64,000 nt of DNA, taken from contig QHRU01000040.1 in NCBI GenBank assembly GCA_003220225.1, positions 19,666 to 83,665 of the forward strand, written 5' to 3'. The notes beneath the pieces were generated by a model, which made no database searches, was not told the DNA's origin, and saw only the letters and a list, made by a program, of their open reading frames with translations. The position numbers and the translations under genes were made by a program. Within the stretch, counting starts at the first letter, position 1. Every line of letters starts with the position of its first letter. This DNA is from Candidatus Rokuibacteriota bacterium (lineage in GTDB: Bacteria; Methylomirabilota; Methylomirabilia; Rokubacteriales; CSP1-6). This document shows, one piece after another, positions 1-9,657 of this stretch.

Positions 1-3
1 CAG

Positions 4-3000
4 ATGATCGCCGAGAAGTCGCTCACCCTCGAGCCCAGCGTGCGCCGCTCGATCGTGCTGCCGTTCGCCCACCAGGGCGGCGGCACCGTCACCGCGAAGA
101 TCGGCGTGAACGACGACCTCGCCACCGACAACGTCGCCTACGCCGTGATCCCGCCGCCCAAGAAGATCGCGGTCACGCTGGTGAGCCCCGGCAACCTCTT
201 CCTCGAGAAGGTGCTGCGCACCGATCCCACGGTGGCCCTGGAGGTGAAGACGCCCGAGCAGTACCAGGGCGGCATGGGTGAGGCCGACGTGGTGGTGCTC
301 GACTCGTCGGCGCCGCCGAAGGTCGGCCCGGGCCGCTACGTCTTCGTCAACACGGTGCCGCCCGACGTGCCGCTCGAGGTGCTCGGCCGCATCGAGGCGC
401 CGACGGTGATGGACTGGGACCGCTCGCACCCCGTCATGCGCCACGTCGAGTTCGCCAAGGTGGCCATCCAGGACGCGATGCGCGTGCGGCCGCTGGCCGC
501 CGGGCGCGCGCTCGTGGAGGCGGTCGGCGGGCCGCTGCTCTACGCGCTCGAGGAGCCGGACCGCAAGGCGATCTTCATCGGCTTCGACCTCTTCAAGACG
601 GACTTCCCGCTGCGCGTGGCCTTCCCCCTGATCCTGTCGAACACGCTGCGCTGGCTGCACCCGGCCGCGCTCGATCAGTCGAGCCTGCAGCTGGCGGCGG
701 GCCAGCCGATCCTGCTGCCGGTCGCCCACGGCATCTCCTCGGCCACCGTCAACACGCCGAGCGGGCGCGCGGTGAAGGCGCTGATCACCCGCGGCGTCGT
801 GTCGTTCACCGACACCGACGAGGTCGGGGTCTACACGCTGTCGACGGCGCGCGGCGACATGAAATTAGCGGTGAACCTCGGCGACGGTGACGAGTCCGAC
901 ATCACGCCGCATCCGCTGCCCGCGCCGCCGGCGCAGGTGACGGCGGCGTCGCCGCCGGTGCCGATCCAGCGCGAGCTGTGGCCGCTCTTCGTGCTGGTGG
1001 CCGCCGTGCTCCTCGCGCTCGAGGGCGTCCTCTACTGGCGCCGGCAGACGGGCGGCCGCCTGCGCGTGCCGTCGGTGACCGGCGATCAGTGGGCGCTGGC
1101 GCTTCGCGGCGCGCTCGTCGTCGTGCTGCTCGTCACGCTGCTGCGGCCGACGCTGCCACGCTGGGTGGACCGCCTCAACGTCGTCTTCCTGCTCGACCAC
1201 TCGGACAGCGTGAGCCTGGTGGCCCGCGAGCGCGCCTATCGCTTCGTGGCCGAGGCCGTCAAGCACCTGAAGAGCGGCGACCGGCACGAGGTGATCGTGT
1301 TCGGTGAGGAGGCGGTGGTGGACCAGCCGCTCTCCAACCGCCCGAGCGTGGACCGGCCCAAGGCGGTGGTGAGCGGACGCGGCACCAACATCTTCCAGGC
1401 GATGCAGCTGGCGCTGGCGACGGTCACCCCGGGCCACGCCAACCGACTCGTGATGCTGACCGACGGCCGCCAGAACGCGGGCAACGCGCTGGCGGGCGCC
1501 CAGGCCGCCAAGGACGCGCGCGCGGACATCTTCTACGTGCCGGCGCCGCTGACCTTCACGCAGGAGGTCGTCGCGGAGGCGATGCTCTTGCCGCAGGAGG
1601 TGAAGTACGGCGAGCCGTTCCAGGCCAAGGTCGTGGCCTGGAGCCTCAAGGAGACGCAGGCGCGGCTCTCGCTCTTCCGCAACGGCGAGTTCCTCGGCTC
1701 GCAGATCGTGCGCCTCACCGCCGGCAAGAACGTGTTCGCCTACCGCCAGGCCCTGGACCAGAGCGGCATCCACGTCTACCAGGCCGCTCTCGACGTGGAG
1801 GGCGATACCATCGAGGACAACAACCGCGCGGTGGGCACCGTCGTCGTCCGCGGCCGGCCGCAAGTCTTGCTCGCCGACCGCGACCGCTCGCACGCCTCGT
1901 CGCTGGCGGCCGCGCTGCGCTCGCAGAACATCGAGGTCACCGTCGTCGAGCCGCCGGGGATCCCGAAGGACGTCGCGGGGCTGCAGAAGTACGACGGCGT
2001 CGTGCTCTCCAACGTGTCGTCCCTCAAGCTGACGCGGCCACAGATGGCGCAGATCCGGGACTACGTCCGCGACCACGGCGGCGGCCTCATGATGATCGGC
2101 GGCGAGGAGTCGTTCGGCCTCGGCGGCTACTACCGCACGCCCGTCGAGGAGGCGCTGCCGGTCACGATGGAGGTCAAGCAGAAGGTCGAGATCCCGAGCC
2201 TGGCCGTCGTGCTGTCGATCGACCGCTCGGGCTCGATGGCCATGTCCACCGACGAGAAGGTGACCAAGCTCGACCTCGCCAAGGAGGCCGCCCACCTCGT
2301 GGTGGACCTGCTCGACGAGCGCAACGAGGTCGGCGTGATGTCGTGGGACACAGAGTTCATCTGGGACTCGCCGATGCGGGGCGCACGCGACAAGGGGGCC
2401 ATCCACCACGCCATCGCCACCATCAAGGCGGGCGGCGGCACCGACGGCTACCCGGCGCTCAAGGAGTCGTACCAGATCCTCTTCGACCGGCCGGCCCTCC
2501 TCAAGCACGTCATCTTCCTGTCCGACGGCCAGATGACCCGCGGCGACTTCGCGGGCCTGCTGCGGCGCATGGCCAAGGACAAGATCACGGTGTCCACGGT
2601 GGCCATCGGCAAGGACGCCGACGTCCAGCTCATGGTCGACATCGCCAAGTGGGGCAAGGGGCGCTTCTACTACACCGAGGACTCGCAGACGATCCCACGC
2701 ATCTTCACGCTGGAGACGCAGCTGGCCTCCAAGGCCTCGCTGGTGGAGCAGCCCTTCAAGCCGCAGCTCACCGCGCCCAACCACGAGGCCATGCAGGACA
2801 TCAACTGGAAGGCGGTGCCGCCGCTCGGCGGCTACGTGGCCACCACCGTGAAGCAAAACGCCGAGCTGGTGCTGATGAGTCACCAGGAGGATCCCGTCCT
2901 CGCGACGTGGCGCTACGGGCTCGGCCGCGCGGCGGCGTTCACCTCGGACGCCAAGTCCAAGTGGGGCGTCCTCTGGCTGCGCTGGGGCGACTTCAACAAG

Positions 3001-3618
3001 TTCTGGGCGCAGCTCACGCGCTGGACCCTGCGCAGCGGCTCGCGCTCGGATACCACGGCGATCGTGCAGCGCATCGACCAGACGGGCGAAGTGGTCGTCG
3101 ACGCGGTGGACGGCAAGGGCGAGTTCATCAACTTCCTCGACTCGCAGATCGGCGTGGTCGCCCCGAACCGGGAGCGCAGCGTCGTGGACCTCGAGCAGAT
3201 CGGCCCCGGCCGCTACCGCGGCCGCTTCCCGGCGCCGCAGGAGGGCGTGTACCTGGTCGGAATGGCACAGCGGAAGGCCGAGCGCGTGGTTGGCTCGCAG
3301 CTGGCCGGCCTGGTGGTACCGTATGCTCAAGAGCTTCGCGATCTGGGCGTGGACGAGACGCTGTTGCGAGAGCTGGCGGAGCTGACGGGCGGCTCGGCGC
3401 TCCAGGAGCCGCAGGACGCGTTCTTGAAGCTGCGGCGGCGCTCGCGGATCGCCGTCGAGATCTGGCCGTGGCTGGTCGGGATCGTGGCGCTCATGATGGT
3501 GCCTGATATCGCCCTCCGCCGCGTGGGGCCGGGGGGCCTGTCGCGGATGAGGGGCTGGCTGAGCCGGAGGCTGCGCCGGGCCACGCCGGTGCCGGAACGA
3601 GGGGAGGAGGGCGCCTGA
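4..3618 (+). CDS. VWA-domain membrane protein with glutamine amidotransferase-like domain (5' partial; frame is open at the window edge)
   Basis: Two MIDAS-type motifs (LDHSDS, IDRSGS), downstream LTDG/LSDG motifs, a GGEESFGLGGY segment and several TM helices. Strong GC3 bias in this frame. Confidence 0.8.
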   Translation: MIAEKSLTLEPSVRRSIVLPFAHQGGGTVTAKIGVNDDLATDNVAYAVIPPPKKIAVTLVSPGNLFLEKVLRTDPTVALEVKTPEQYQGGMGEADVVVLDSSAPPKVGPGRYVFVNTVPPDVPLEVLGRIEAPTVMDWDRSHPVMRHVEFAKVAIQDAMRVRPLAAGRALVEAVGGPLLYALEEPDRKAIFIGFDLFKTDFPLRVAFPLILSNTLRWLHPAALDQSSLQLAAGQPILLPVAHGISSATVNTPSGRAVKALITRGVVSFTDTDEVGVYTLSTARGDMKLAVNLGDGDESDITPHPLPAPPAQVTAASPPVPIQRELWPLFVLVAAVLLALEGVLYWRRQTGGRLRVPSVTGDQWALALRGALVVVLLVTLLRPTLPRWVDRLNVVFLLDHSDSVSLVARERAYRFVAEAVKHLKSGDRHEVIVFGEEAVVDQPLSNRPSVDRPKAVVSGRGTNIFQAMQLALATVTPGHANRLVMLTDGRQNAGNALAGAQAAKDARADIFYVPAPLTFTQEVVAEAMLLPQEVKYGEPFQAKVVAWSLKETQARLSLFRNGEFLGSQIVRLTAGKNVFAYRQALDQSGIHVYQAALDVEGDTIEDNNRAVGTVVVRGRPQVLLADRDRSHASSLAAALRSQNIEVTVVEPPGIPKDVAGLQKYDGVVLSNVSSLKLTRPQMAQIRDYVRDHGGGLMMIGGEESFGLGGYYRTPVEEALPVTMEVKQKVEIPSLAVVLSIDRSGSMAMSTDEKVTKLDLAKEAAHLVVDLLDERNEVGVMSWDTEFIWDSPMRGARDKGAIHHAIATIKAGGGTDGYPALKESYQILFDRPALLKHVIFLSDGQMTRGDFAGLLRRMAKDKITVSTVAIGKDADVQLMVDIAKWGKGRFYYTEDSQTIPRIFTLETQLASKASLVEQPFKPQLTAPNHEAMQDINWKAVPPLGGYVATTVKQNAELVLMSHQEDPVLATWRYGLGRAAAFTSDAKSKWGVLWLRWGDFNKFWAQLTRWTLRSGSRSDTTAIVQRIDQTGEVVVDAVDGKGEFINFLDSQIGVVAPNRERSVVDLEQIGPGRYRGRFPAPQEGVYLVGMAQRKAERVVGSQLAGLVVPYAQELRDLGVDETLLRELAELTGGSALQEPQDAFLKLRRRSRIAVEIWPWLVGIVALMMVPDIALRRVGPGGLSRMRGWLSRRLRRATPVPERGEEGA

Positions 3619-4955
3619 TGGCTCGACGCTGGATGCTCGTCGCGGTCCTGGCGTGCTGCGGGCTCGTCGCGGTGGTTCCCGCCCAAGCCGCGGTCAAGCC
3701 GCGGACGATCCTCGTCGTGCCCTTCGAGACCAATGGCCTGTCCGCCGACGAGCAGTGGATCGGCGAGGGCGCCGCCCAGGCCGTGGCGCTGGGTCTCGTG
3801 CAGTCGGCCGCCTTCGTCCAGGTCGACCGGGCGCGGCTGCGCGCCTTCGGCCAGCCGGAGGCGTGGGGCGAGGCCACCGTGCTCCAGGCCGCGCGGAGCC
3901 TGCGCGTCGACGCCGCTCTCTACGGCCGCGTCGCCCGCACCAACAACGAGCTGGTGCTCCAGCCCAGGATCCTCGAGCTCCGGAGCGGGAGCGGCGACCC
4001 CGTCTCCATGGAGCCGGTGACCGTCGCCGACGGAGACCTGATCGTCCGCCTCGCCGCGCTGCCGACCGCCTACGCGCGCACGCTCAAGGTGCCGCTCACC
4101 GACGCCGACGTGCGTCGAATGGAGAGGTCGGCGGCGCCGACGAAGTCCGTTCGCGCGTTCGAGCTGTTCGCGCGCGCGCAGATGGCGGCCGCGCGCGGCG
4201 GCCAGGAGGCCAACGAGAACGCGGTGGACCTGCTCTCGCGCGCGATCGAGGTCGACGCCAACTTCGTCGTCGCGCAGTACACGCTCGGGGCCGTGCACCA
4301 GGCCCTCGGCAATCGCTGGAAAGCGGCCGCGCAGTTCCGCGCCGCCACCCAGCTCGACGCGACGTACCCGGAACCGTACAAAGCGCTCGGTGATCTGTTC
4401 CTGGCCGCGCCGCGGCGACTCTTCGACCAGGCGGTGGAGGCCTTTAACAAGGCCATCGAGCTGCGTCCCTTCTACGCCGACGCCCACGTCGGCCTCGGCG
4501 ACGCCCGCGCGGCGAAGGGCGAGATCGACGGCGCCATCAGCGCCTACCAGAAGGCGCTGACCTACAACGCGATCAATCCCAAGGTCTACATGAGCCTCGG
4601 CAAGATCTACTACGCCGAGAAGGGCCTCTACTACGAGTCCGTGCAGGCGTACCGGCGCGCGATCGATCTCGATCCCCACTCCGTCGACGCGCGCATGGGC
4701 CTCGGCGAGGTCTACGAGGACAAGGGCCTCTACAAGGAGGCGGTCGAGGAGTATCGCAAGGTGATCGAGCTCGACGACAAGAACACCGGCGCGCTCTACA
4801 ACCTGGCCCTCGTCTACGAGAAGACGGATCCCAAGGAGGCCATCGTGCAGTGGGAGAAGTACATCACGCTGGCCTCCCAGCTCCCGTCCGAGAAGGACTG
4901 GGTGGACGTGGCCCGTCAGCACCTGCGCAAGCTCAAGGGCCAGATCAAGGAGTAA
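3618..4955 (+). CDS. Secreted TPR-repeat protein with an N-terminal TolB/CsgG-like domain
   Basis: Signal peptide and multiple TPR repeats. TGATG overlap with the upstream gene. Confidence 0.8.
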   Translation: MARRWMLVAVLACCGLVAVVPAQAAVKPRTILVVPFETNGLSADEQWIGEGAAQAVALGLVQSAAFVQVDRARLRAFGQPEAWGEATVLQAARSLRVDAALYGRVARTNNELVLQPRILELRSGSGDPVSMEPVTVADGDLIVRLAALPTAYARTLKVPLTDADVRRMERSAAPTKSVRAFELFARAQMAAARGGQEANENAVDLLSRAIEVDANFVVAQYTLGAVHQALGNRWKAAAQFRAATQLDATYPEPYKALGDLFLAAPRRLFDQAVEAFNKAIELRPFYADAHVGLGDARAAKGEIDGAISAYQKALTYNAINPKVYMSLGKIYYAEKGLYYESVQAYRRAIDLDPHSVDARMGLGEVYEDKGLYKEAVEEYRKVIELDDKNTGALYNLALVYEKTDPKEAIVQWEKYITLASQLPSEKDWVDVARQHLRKLKGQIKE

Positions 4956-4965
4956 CTGCGAGTCG

Positions 4966-5955
4966 GTGGACGAGCTCAGGAAAGACCCGACACGTGGGCA
5001 GTGGGTGCTCATCCGACCGAAAGGCGCGTGGGTGCCGGACGCGCCCTGCCGCTACTGCCCCGGCGCCGAGCACCTGACCGGAAGCGAGATCGCCGCCTAC
5101 CGCAAGGACGGCTCGCTCGCCAACGCCCCCGGCTGGACGGTGCGCGTGGTCCCCGAGGCCGACGCCTACTTCCGCATCGAGTGGGAGCTGGTCCGCGAGG
5201 GCGTCGGCATGTTCGACATGATCACGCCGCGCGGCGCCAGCGAGCTGATCGTCGAGTCACCCAACCACGACGACACGCTGGCCACGATGGACCCCGACCA
5301 GATCGAGGGCGTGCTCTGGATGTACCGCGACCGTCTCCTCGACCTCAAGCGCGATGGCCAGATCCGCGACATCCTCATCAACCGCCACCACAAGAAGCCC
5401 GGCGTTCCGCCCCACCATCCGTATTCCCGGGTCACCGCGATCCCGATCGTGTTCGACGAGACGCGGCGCGAGCTGTACCAGGCACGGGAGTACTACCAGT
5501 ACAAGCGCCGCTGCCTCTACTGCGACATGCTCCGCCAGGAGATCGCCGCCGAGGAGCGCGTGGCGAAGCTGATGCCGGGCTTCGCGGCGCTCGTGCCCTA
5601 CGCCTCGCGCACGCCGGGTGAAACCTGGATCGTGCCGCGCCAGCACGGCTGCTCGTTCGAGGACGCGCTGACCGCGGAGACCGGCCGCGACCTCGCGCGG
5701 CTGCTCTCGAGCTACTTCCGGACCCTTGCGCGCGCCTTCGGCGATCCCGGCTACGAGCTGGTGCTGCACACGGCGCCGAATCTCCGCTCGCGCATCCTCC
5801 AGGGGGACTGGGCGACGATCCGCGACGACTACCACTGGCACATCGAGATCGTCGTCCACCCGGAGCGCGCCAACACCGTCGGCGGCATCTTCATCAACGA
5901 AACCCCGCCCGAGCAGGTCGCCTCCGAATTGCGCCGAGCCTTCGACAGCCCGTAG
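4966..5955 (+). CDS. GalT (galactose-1-phosphate uridylyltransferase)-family protein with a degenerate active site
   Basis: ELRKDP N-terminus, CxxCPG, CxxCD and HWHIEI are present. HPHSQ is replaced by HPYSR. Confidence 0.8.
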   Translation: MDELRKDPTRGQWVLIRPKGAWVPDAPCRYCPGAEHLTGSEIAAYRKDGSLANAPGWTVRVVPEADAYFRIEWELVREGVGMFDMITPRGASELIVESPNHDDTLATMDPDQIEGVLWMYRDRLLDLKRDGQIRDILINRHHKKPGVPPHHPYSRVTAIPIVFDETRRELYQAREYYQYKRRCLYCDMLRQEIAAEERVAKLMPGFAALVPYASRTPGETWIVPRQHGCSFEDALTAETGRDLARLLSSYFRTLARAFGDPGYELVLHTAPNLRSRILQGDWATIRDDYHWHIEIVVHPERANTVGGIFINETPPEQVASELRRAFDSP

Positions 5956-6017
5956 GAGTCTGTCGGAATATGGAGGGGCGCCACGGCTTCGCCGGGGCGT
6001 CCCGAGCGCTTGGGGGT

Positions 6018-6042
6018 ATGGGGGCCATTTCGGGGCCCCCAT
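6018..6042. terminator. GC-rich hairpin between convergent genes
   Basis: ATGGGGGCC-ATTTCGG-GGCCCCCAT inverted repeat between the galT-like and gdh stop codons. Confidence 0.5.
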
Positions 6043-6046
6043 GTCA

Positions 6047-7309
6047 TCAGGGGTAGAGGCCGCGCACCTTGTAGCCTTCGGCGACACGCTTGATGCCTTC
6101 CATCAGCGCGGCTGTTCGCAGGTCGACGCCTTCCTTGGAGCCGAGCGCCCACACCCGATTGAACGCGCGCGTCATGACCTCTTGCAGCCGCGCGGTGATC
6201 TCGCTCTCGCGCCAGAAGTAGTACTGCAGCCCCTGCACCCACTCGAAGTACGAGACGACGACGCCGCCGGCGTTGCAGAGGATGTCGGGGATCACGGTCG
6301 CGCCGCGCTCTCGCAGGATCACGTCGGCCTCGGGCGTCGTCGGGCCGTTGGCGCCCTCGGCGACGATGGAGGCCTTGACCCGGTCGGCGTTGCCTTCGTG
6401 GATCTGGCCGCCGACGGCGGCCGGGATCAGCACGTCGCACGGCTGGGTGATGAGGTCCGAGTTGCTGATCGGCTCGCTGCCGGGGAAGCCGGTGACGGAG
6501 CCGGTCTCGGCCACGTGCGCCTCGAGCTGGCGGATGTCGATGCCGTCCGGCTTCCAGATACCGCCCTTGACGTCGCTGATGCCGACGATCGTGCAGCCCT
6601 CCCGCCACAGCAGCCGCGCGGCCACGGCGCCGACGTTGCCGAAGCCCTGCACGACCACCTTGCGCCCGCGCAGCTCCTGGCCGAGGTGACGCGCCGCCTG
6701 GTAGAGCGTGTAGACGATGCCGCGTCCGGTGGCCTCGCGGCGGCCGGCCGAGCCGCCGACGATGAGCGGCTTGCCGGTGACCACGCCGGGTACGCTCTTG
6801 CCCTGGGTCATCGAGTACGTGTCCATCATCCAGGCCATCGTCTGCTCATCGGTGCCGAGGTCCGGGGCGGGAATGTCCAGGTCCGGGCCGATCATGAGGA
6901 TGATCTCGGCGGTATAGCGTCGGGTGAGGTTCTCCTTCTCCTGCATCGAGAGCTTGCGGGGATCACACCGGACGCCGCCCTTGGCCCCGCCATAGGGGAG
7001 GCTCATCAGGGCGCACTTCCAGGACATCAGCATCGCCAGGGCGCTGACCTCGCCCAGGTCCACGTCCGGGGCGTAGCGGAGCCCCCCTTTGGTCGGTCCG
7101 AGCACCGTGTTGTGGTGAACCCTGTAACCCACGAATACTTCGGTCTTTCCTGAGTCCATCCGGACGGGGATCGACACCACCAGGGCGCGGCGAGGGTAGC
7201 GGAGCCGCCCGTGGATGTCGGCGTCGAGCCCGAGCCGGGCGGCTACCCGGTCCAGCTGGGCGATAGCAGTGCGGTGCAGCTCGGAGTCGAACTCTGAATT
7301 CGCGTTCAT
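6047..7309 (-). CDS. gdhA: Glu/Leu/Phe/Val dehydrogenase (glutamate dehydrogenase)
   Basis: GPTKGGLRY, GGAKGG, IPAPD, VQGFGNVG, EGANGP and NAGGVVVSYFEW motifs. Confidence 0.92.
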   Translation of the reverse strand: MNANSEFDSELHRTAIAQLDRVAARLGLDADIHGRLRYPRRALVVSIPVRMDSGKTEVFVGYRVHHNTVLGPTKGGLRYAPDVDLGEVSALAMLMSWKCALMSLPYGGAKGGVRCDPRKLSMQEKENLTRRYTAEIILMIGPDLDIPAPDLGTDEQTMAWMMDTYSMTQGKSVPGVVTGKPLIVGGSAGRREATGRGIVYTLYQAARHLGQELRGRKVVVQGFGNVGAVAARLLWREGCTIVGISDVKGGIWKPDGIDIRQLEAHVAETGSVTGFPGSEPISNSDLITQPCDVLIPAAVGGQIHEGNADRVKASIVAEGANGPTTPEADVILRERGATVIPDILCNAGGVVVSYFEWVQGLQYYFWRESEITARLQEVMTRAFNRVWALGSKEGVDLRTAALMEGIKRVAEGYKVRGLYP

Positions 7310-7324
7310 CGAAAGCCCTTTCCG

Positions 7325-7375
7325 TTGACAGCGCGCTAGCGAGGTGGCAGAATCCGACCGAAACAGTCGCCGATC
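7325..7375 (+). promoter_or_regulatory. Sigma70 promoter of the isc operon with a putative IscR operator
   Basis: TTGACA(7325)-17 bp-CAGAAT with extended TG. It is followed by CCGACCGAAACAGTCG, an imperfect palindrome resembling Rrf2/IscR sites. Confidence 0.6.
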
Positions 7376-7427
7376 GAAATCATCGGCGATACAATGGGAG
7401 TCGCGAAAGGCAAGGACAGGTCACCGA

Positions 7428-7856
7428 ATGCTCCGATTCACCAAGCGCGCCGATTACGGGTTGATGGCGATTCATTATATCGCCGTCAACGACGGCTTCG
7501 GCGCCGTGAGCGCCAAGCGGATCGCCGAGGAGTTCGCGATCCCGCCGGAGCTCATGGCCAAGATCCTCCAGCGGCTGGCCAAGCAGCGGCTGGTCGTCAG
7601 CACCAACGGGCCCAAGGGCGGCTACGCGCTGGCGCGCCGGCCGACCGAGATCACGGTGGGCCAGGTGATCCGAGCGCTGGAGGGGCCGATCAACATCGTC
7701 TCGTGCCTGGAAGATTCCGAGTGCCCGCAGATGGAGAAGTGCAACCTGCGGCGACCCGTCCACAAGATCCAGGCGGCGATCACGCAGGTGCTGGACACCA
7801 TGAGCCTGGCCGAGCTGACGAGCGCCGACGTGCCGGAACTGCTGTCGATCAGGTAG
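7428..7856 (+). CDS. iscR: Rrf2-family regulator, IscR-like
   Basis: MLRFTKRADYG, GPKGGYxL and three Cys (CLEDSECPQMEKC). First gene of the isc operon. ATG at 7428 preferred over GTG at 7344. Confidence 0.85.
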   Translation: MLRFTKRADYGLMAIHYIAVNDGFGAVSAKRIAEEFAIPPELMAKILQRLAKQRLVVSTNGPKGGYALARRPTEITVGQVIRALEGPINIVSCLEDSECPQMEKCNLRRPVHKIQAAITQVLDTMSLAELTSADVPELLSIR

Positions 7857-7978
7857 TGCGAGCCGGAGGACGTCGCGGGGCTGGGGCCCCCGCCGTCCGA
7901 GGCGAGCTTACGAACAGGTAGTGCGAGCCGGAGGACGTCGCGGGGCTGGGGCCCCGCCGTCCGAGGCGAGCTTACGAA
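7850..7978. repeat. Tandem duplication (65 + 64 bp) of a REP-like hairpin unit
   Basis: CAGGTAGTGCGAGCCGGAGGACGTCGCGGGGCTGGGGCCCC(C)GCCGTCCGAGGCGAGCTTACGAA occurs twice; the copies differ by one C. Confidence 0.92.
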
Positions 7979-7992
7979 GAGGGTAGAGCACG

Positions 7993-9219
7993 ATGGGGCT
8001 GAAGTTTCCGATCTTCATGGACGCGCAGTCGACGACGCCGTGCGACCCGCGCGTGGTCGAGGCGATGCTGCCGTACTTTACCGAGAAGTTCGGGCACCCG
8101 GCCAGCCGCAACCATCCGTTCGGATGGGAGGCGGAGGGCGCGGTCGACGCCGCGCGCGCCAAGATCGCCACGCTGATCGGCGCGCGCGATCCGAAGGAGC
8201 TCGTCTTCACCTCGGGCGGCACCGAGGCGATCAACCTCGCCCTCAAGGGCGTGGCCGAGATGTACAAGGAGAAGGGCAACCACATCGTCACCACCGTCAT
8301 CGAGCAGCGCGCGAGCATCGACACGTTCAAGCGCCTCGAGCGGCAGGGGTTCCAGGTGACGTACGTGCCCGTGCAGCCCGACGGGGTCATCGACGTCGAG
8401 GAGATCCGCAAGGCGCTCACGGACAAGACGATCCTGATCTCCGTGATGTTCGCCAACAACGAGATCGGCACCATCCAGGACGTCGCGGCCATCGGCAAGC
8501 TCGCCAAGGAGAAGGGGATCATCTTCCATACCGACGCCACGCAGGCCGTCGGCAAGATCCCCGTCGACGTCGAGGCGATGGGCATCGATCTCCTGTCGTG
8601 CACCGCGCATCTCATCTACGGCCCCAAGGGCGTGGGCGCGCTCTACGTCCGGCGCAAGGGCCCGCGCGTGCGGATCGCGCCGATGATGGACGGCGGCGGC
8701 CACGAGCGCGGCATGCGCTCGGGGACCCTGCCGGTGCCGCTGATCGTCGGGTTCGGCAAGGCCGCGGAGATCTCGCGTGAGGTGATGGCCGAGGAAGGTG
8801 CGCGGCTGGCGAAGCTGCGCGACCGGCTCCAGGACGTGATCCTCTCGAGCGTGGAGGAGGCGTTCCTGAACGGCCGGCCGGACCGCCGGCTGCCCCAGAA
8901 CCTGAACATCTCCTTCGCCTACGTCGAGGGCGAGTCGGTGCTGATGGGGCTGAACAAGGAGACCGCGCTGTCGTCCGGGTCCGCGTGCACCTCGTCGACG
9001 CTGGAGCCCTCGTACGTGATCGCGGCGCTGGGCGCCTCCGCGGAGCTGGCCCACTCGTCGATCCGCTTCAGCCTCCATCGCTTCACGACGGCGGAGGAAG
9101 TCGAGTACGTCGGGCAGCGCACGATCGAGGTCATCAAGCGGCTGCGGGAGATGTCGCCGCTCTACGAGCTGGCGAAAGAAGGCGTGGATATCAAGACCAT
9201 CAAGTGGAAGGCCGACTAG
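7993..9219 (+). CDS. iscS: IscS-like protein lacking the PLP-binding Lys (probable non-desulfurase IscS)
   Basis: IscS motifs and C-terminal SPLYELAKEGVDIKTIKW tail; SSGSACTS intact. TAHLIYGPKG replaces SxHKxYGPKG and IEQRAS replaces EHKAV. Confidence 0.88.
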   Translation: MGLKFPIFMDAQSTTPCDPRVVEAMLPYFTEKFGHPASRNHPFGWEAEGAVDAARAKIATLIGARDPKELVFTSGGTEAINLALKGVAEMYKEKGNHIVTTVIEQRASIDTFKRLERQGFQVTYVPVQPDGVIDVEEIRKALTDKTILISVMFANNEIGTIQDVAAIGKLAKEKGIIFHTDATQAVGKIPVDVEAMGIDLLSCTAHLIYGPKGVGALYVRRKGPRVRIAPMMDGGGHERGMRSGTLPVPLIVGFGKAAEISREVMAEEGARLAKLRDRLQDVILSSVEEAFLNGRPDRRLPQNLNISFAYVEGESVLMGLNKETALSSGSACTSSTLEPSYVIAALGASAELAHSSIRFSLHRFTTAEEVEYVGQRTIEVIKRLREMSPLYELAKEGVDIKTIKWKAD

Positions 9220-9231
9220 GGGGATATCGCG

Positions 9232-9642
9232 ATGGCGTACAGCGACAAGGTAGTCGACCACTACAACAACCCGCGCAACGTCGGCTCCTTCGGCAAGGAG
9301 ACGCCGGGCGTGGGCACCGGGCTCGTCGGGGCGCCGGAGTGCGGCGACGTGATGAAGCTGCAGATCAGGGTCAACCTCGAGACCGGCGTCATCGAAGATG
9401 CCAAGTTCAAGACCTTCGGCTGCGGCAGCGCGATCGCCTCTTCGAGCCTGGCCACCGAGTGGCTCAAGGGCAAGACGATCGACGAGGCGGCGAAGATCAA
9501 GAACACCGACATCGTGAACGAGCTGAAGCTTCCGCCGGTGAAGATCCACTGCTCGGTGCTGGCGGAAGACGCCATCAAGGCGGCGCTCGCGGACTACAAA
9601 GAGAAGCACGCATCGGTGCCGAGCGGCGCCGCATCGAAATAG
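9232..9642 (+). CDS. iscU: Fe-S scaffold IscU
   Basis: YSDKVVDHYNNPRNVG, ECGD, FGCGSAIA and LPPVKIHC. Confidence 0.96.
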   Translation: MAYSDKVVDHYNNPRNVGSFGKETPGVGTGLVGAPECGDVMKLQIRVNLETGVIEDAKFKTFGCGSAIASSSLATEWLKGKTIDEAAKIKNTDIVNELKLPPVKIHCSVLAEDAIKAALADYKEKHASVPSGAASK

Positions 9643-9657
9643 GGGAGGAACCGAGTC

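Noticed and set aside
7850..7978. Possible mini-CRISPR or transposon end
   Set aside because: Two directly abutting copies with no spacer, target-site duplication or transposase.
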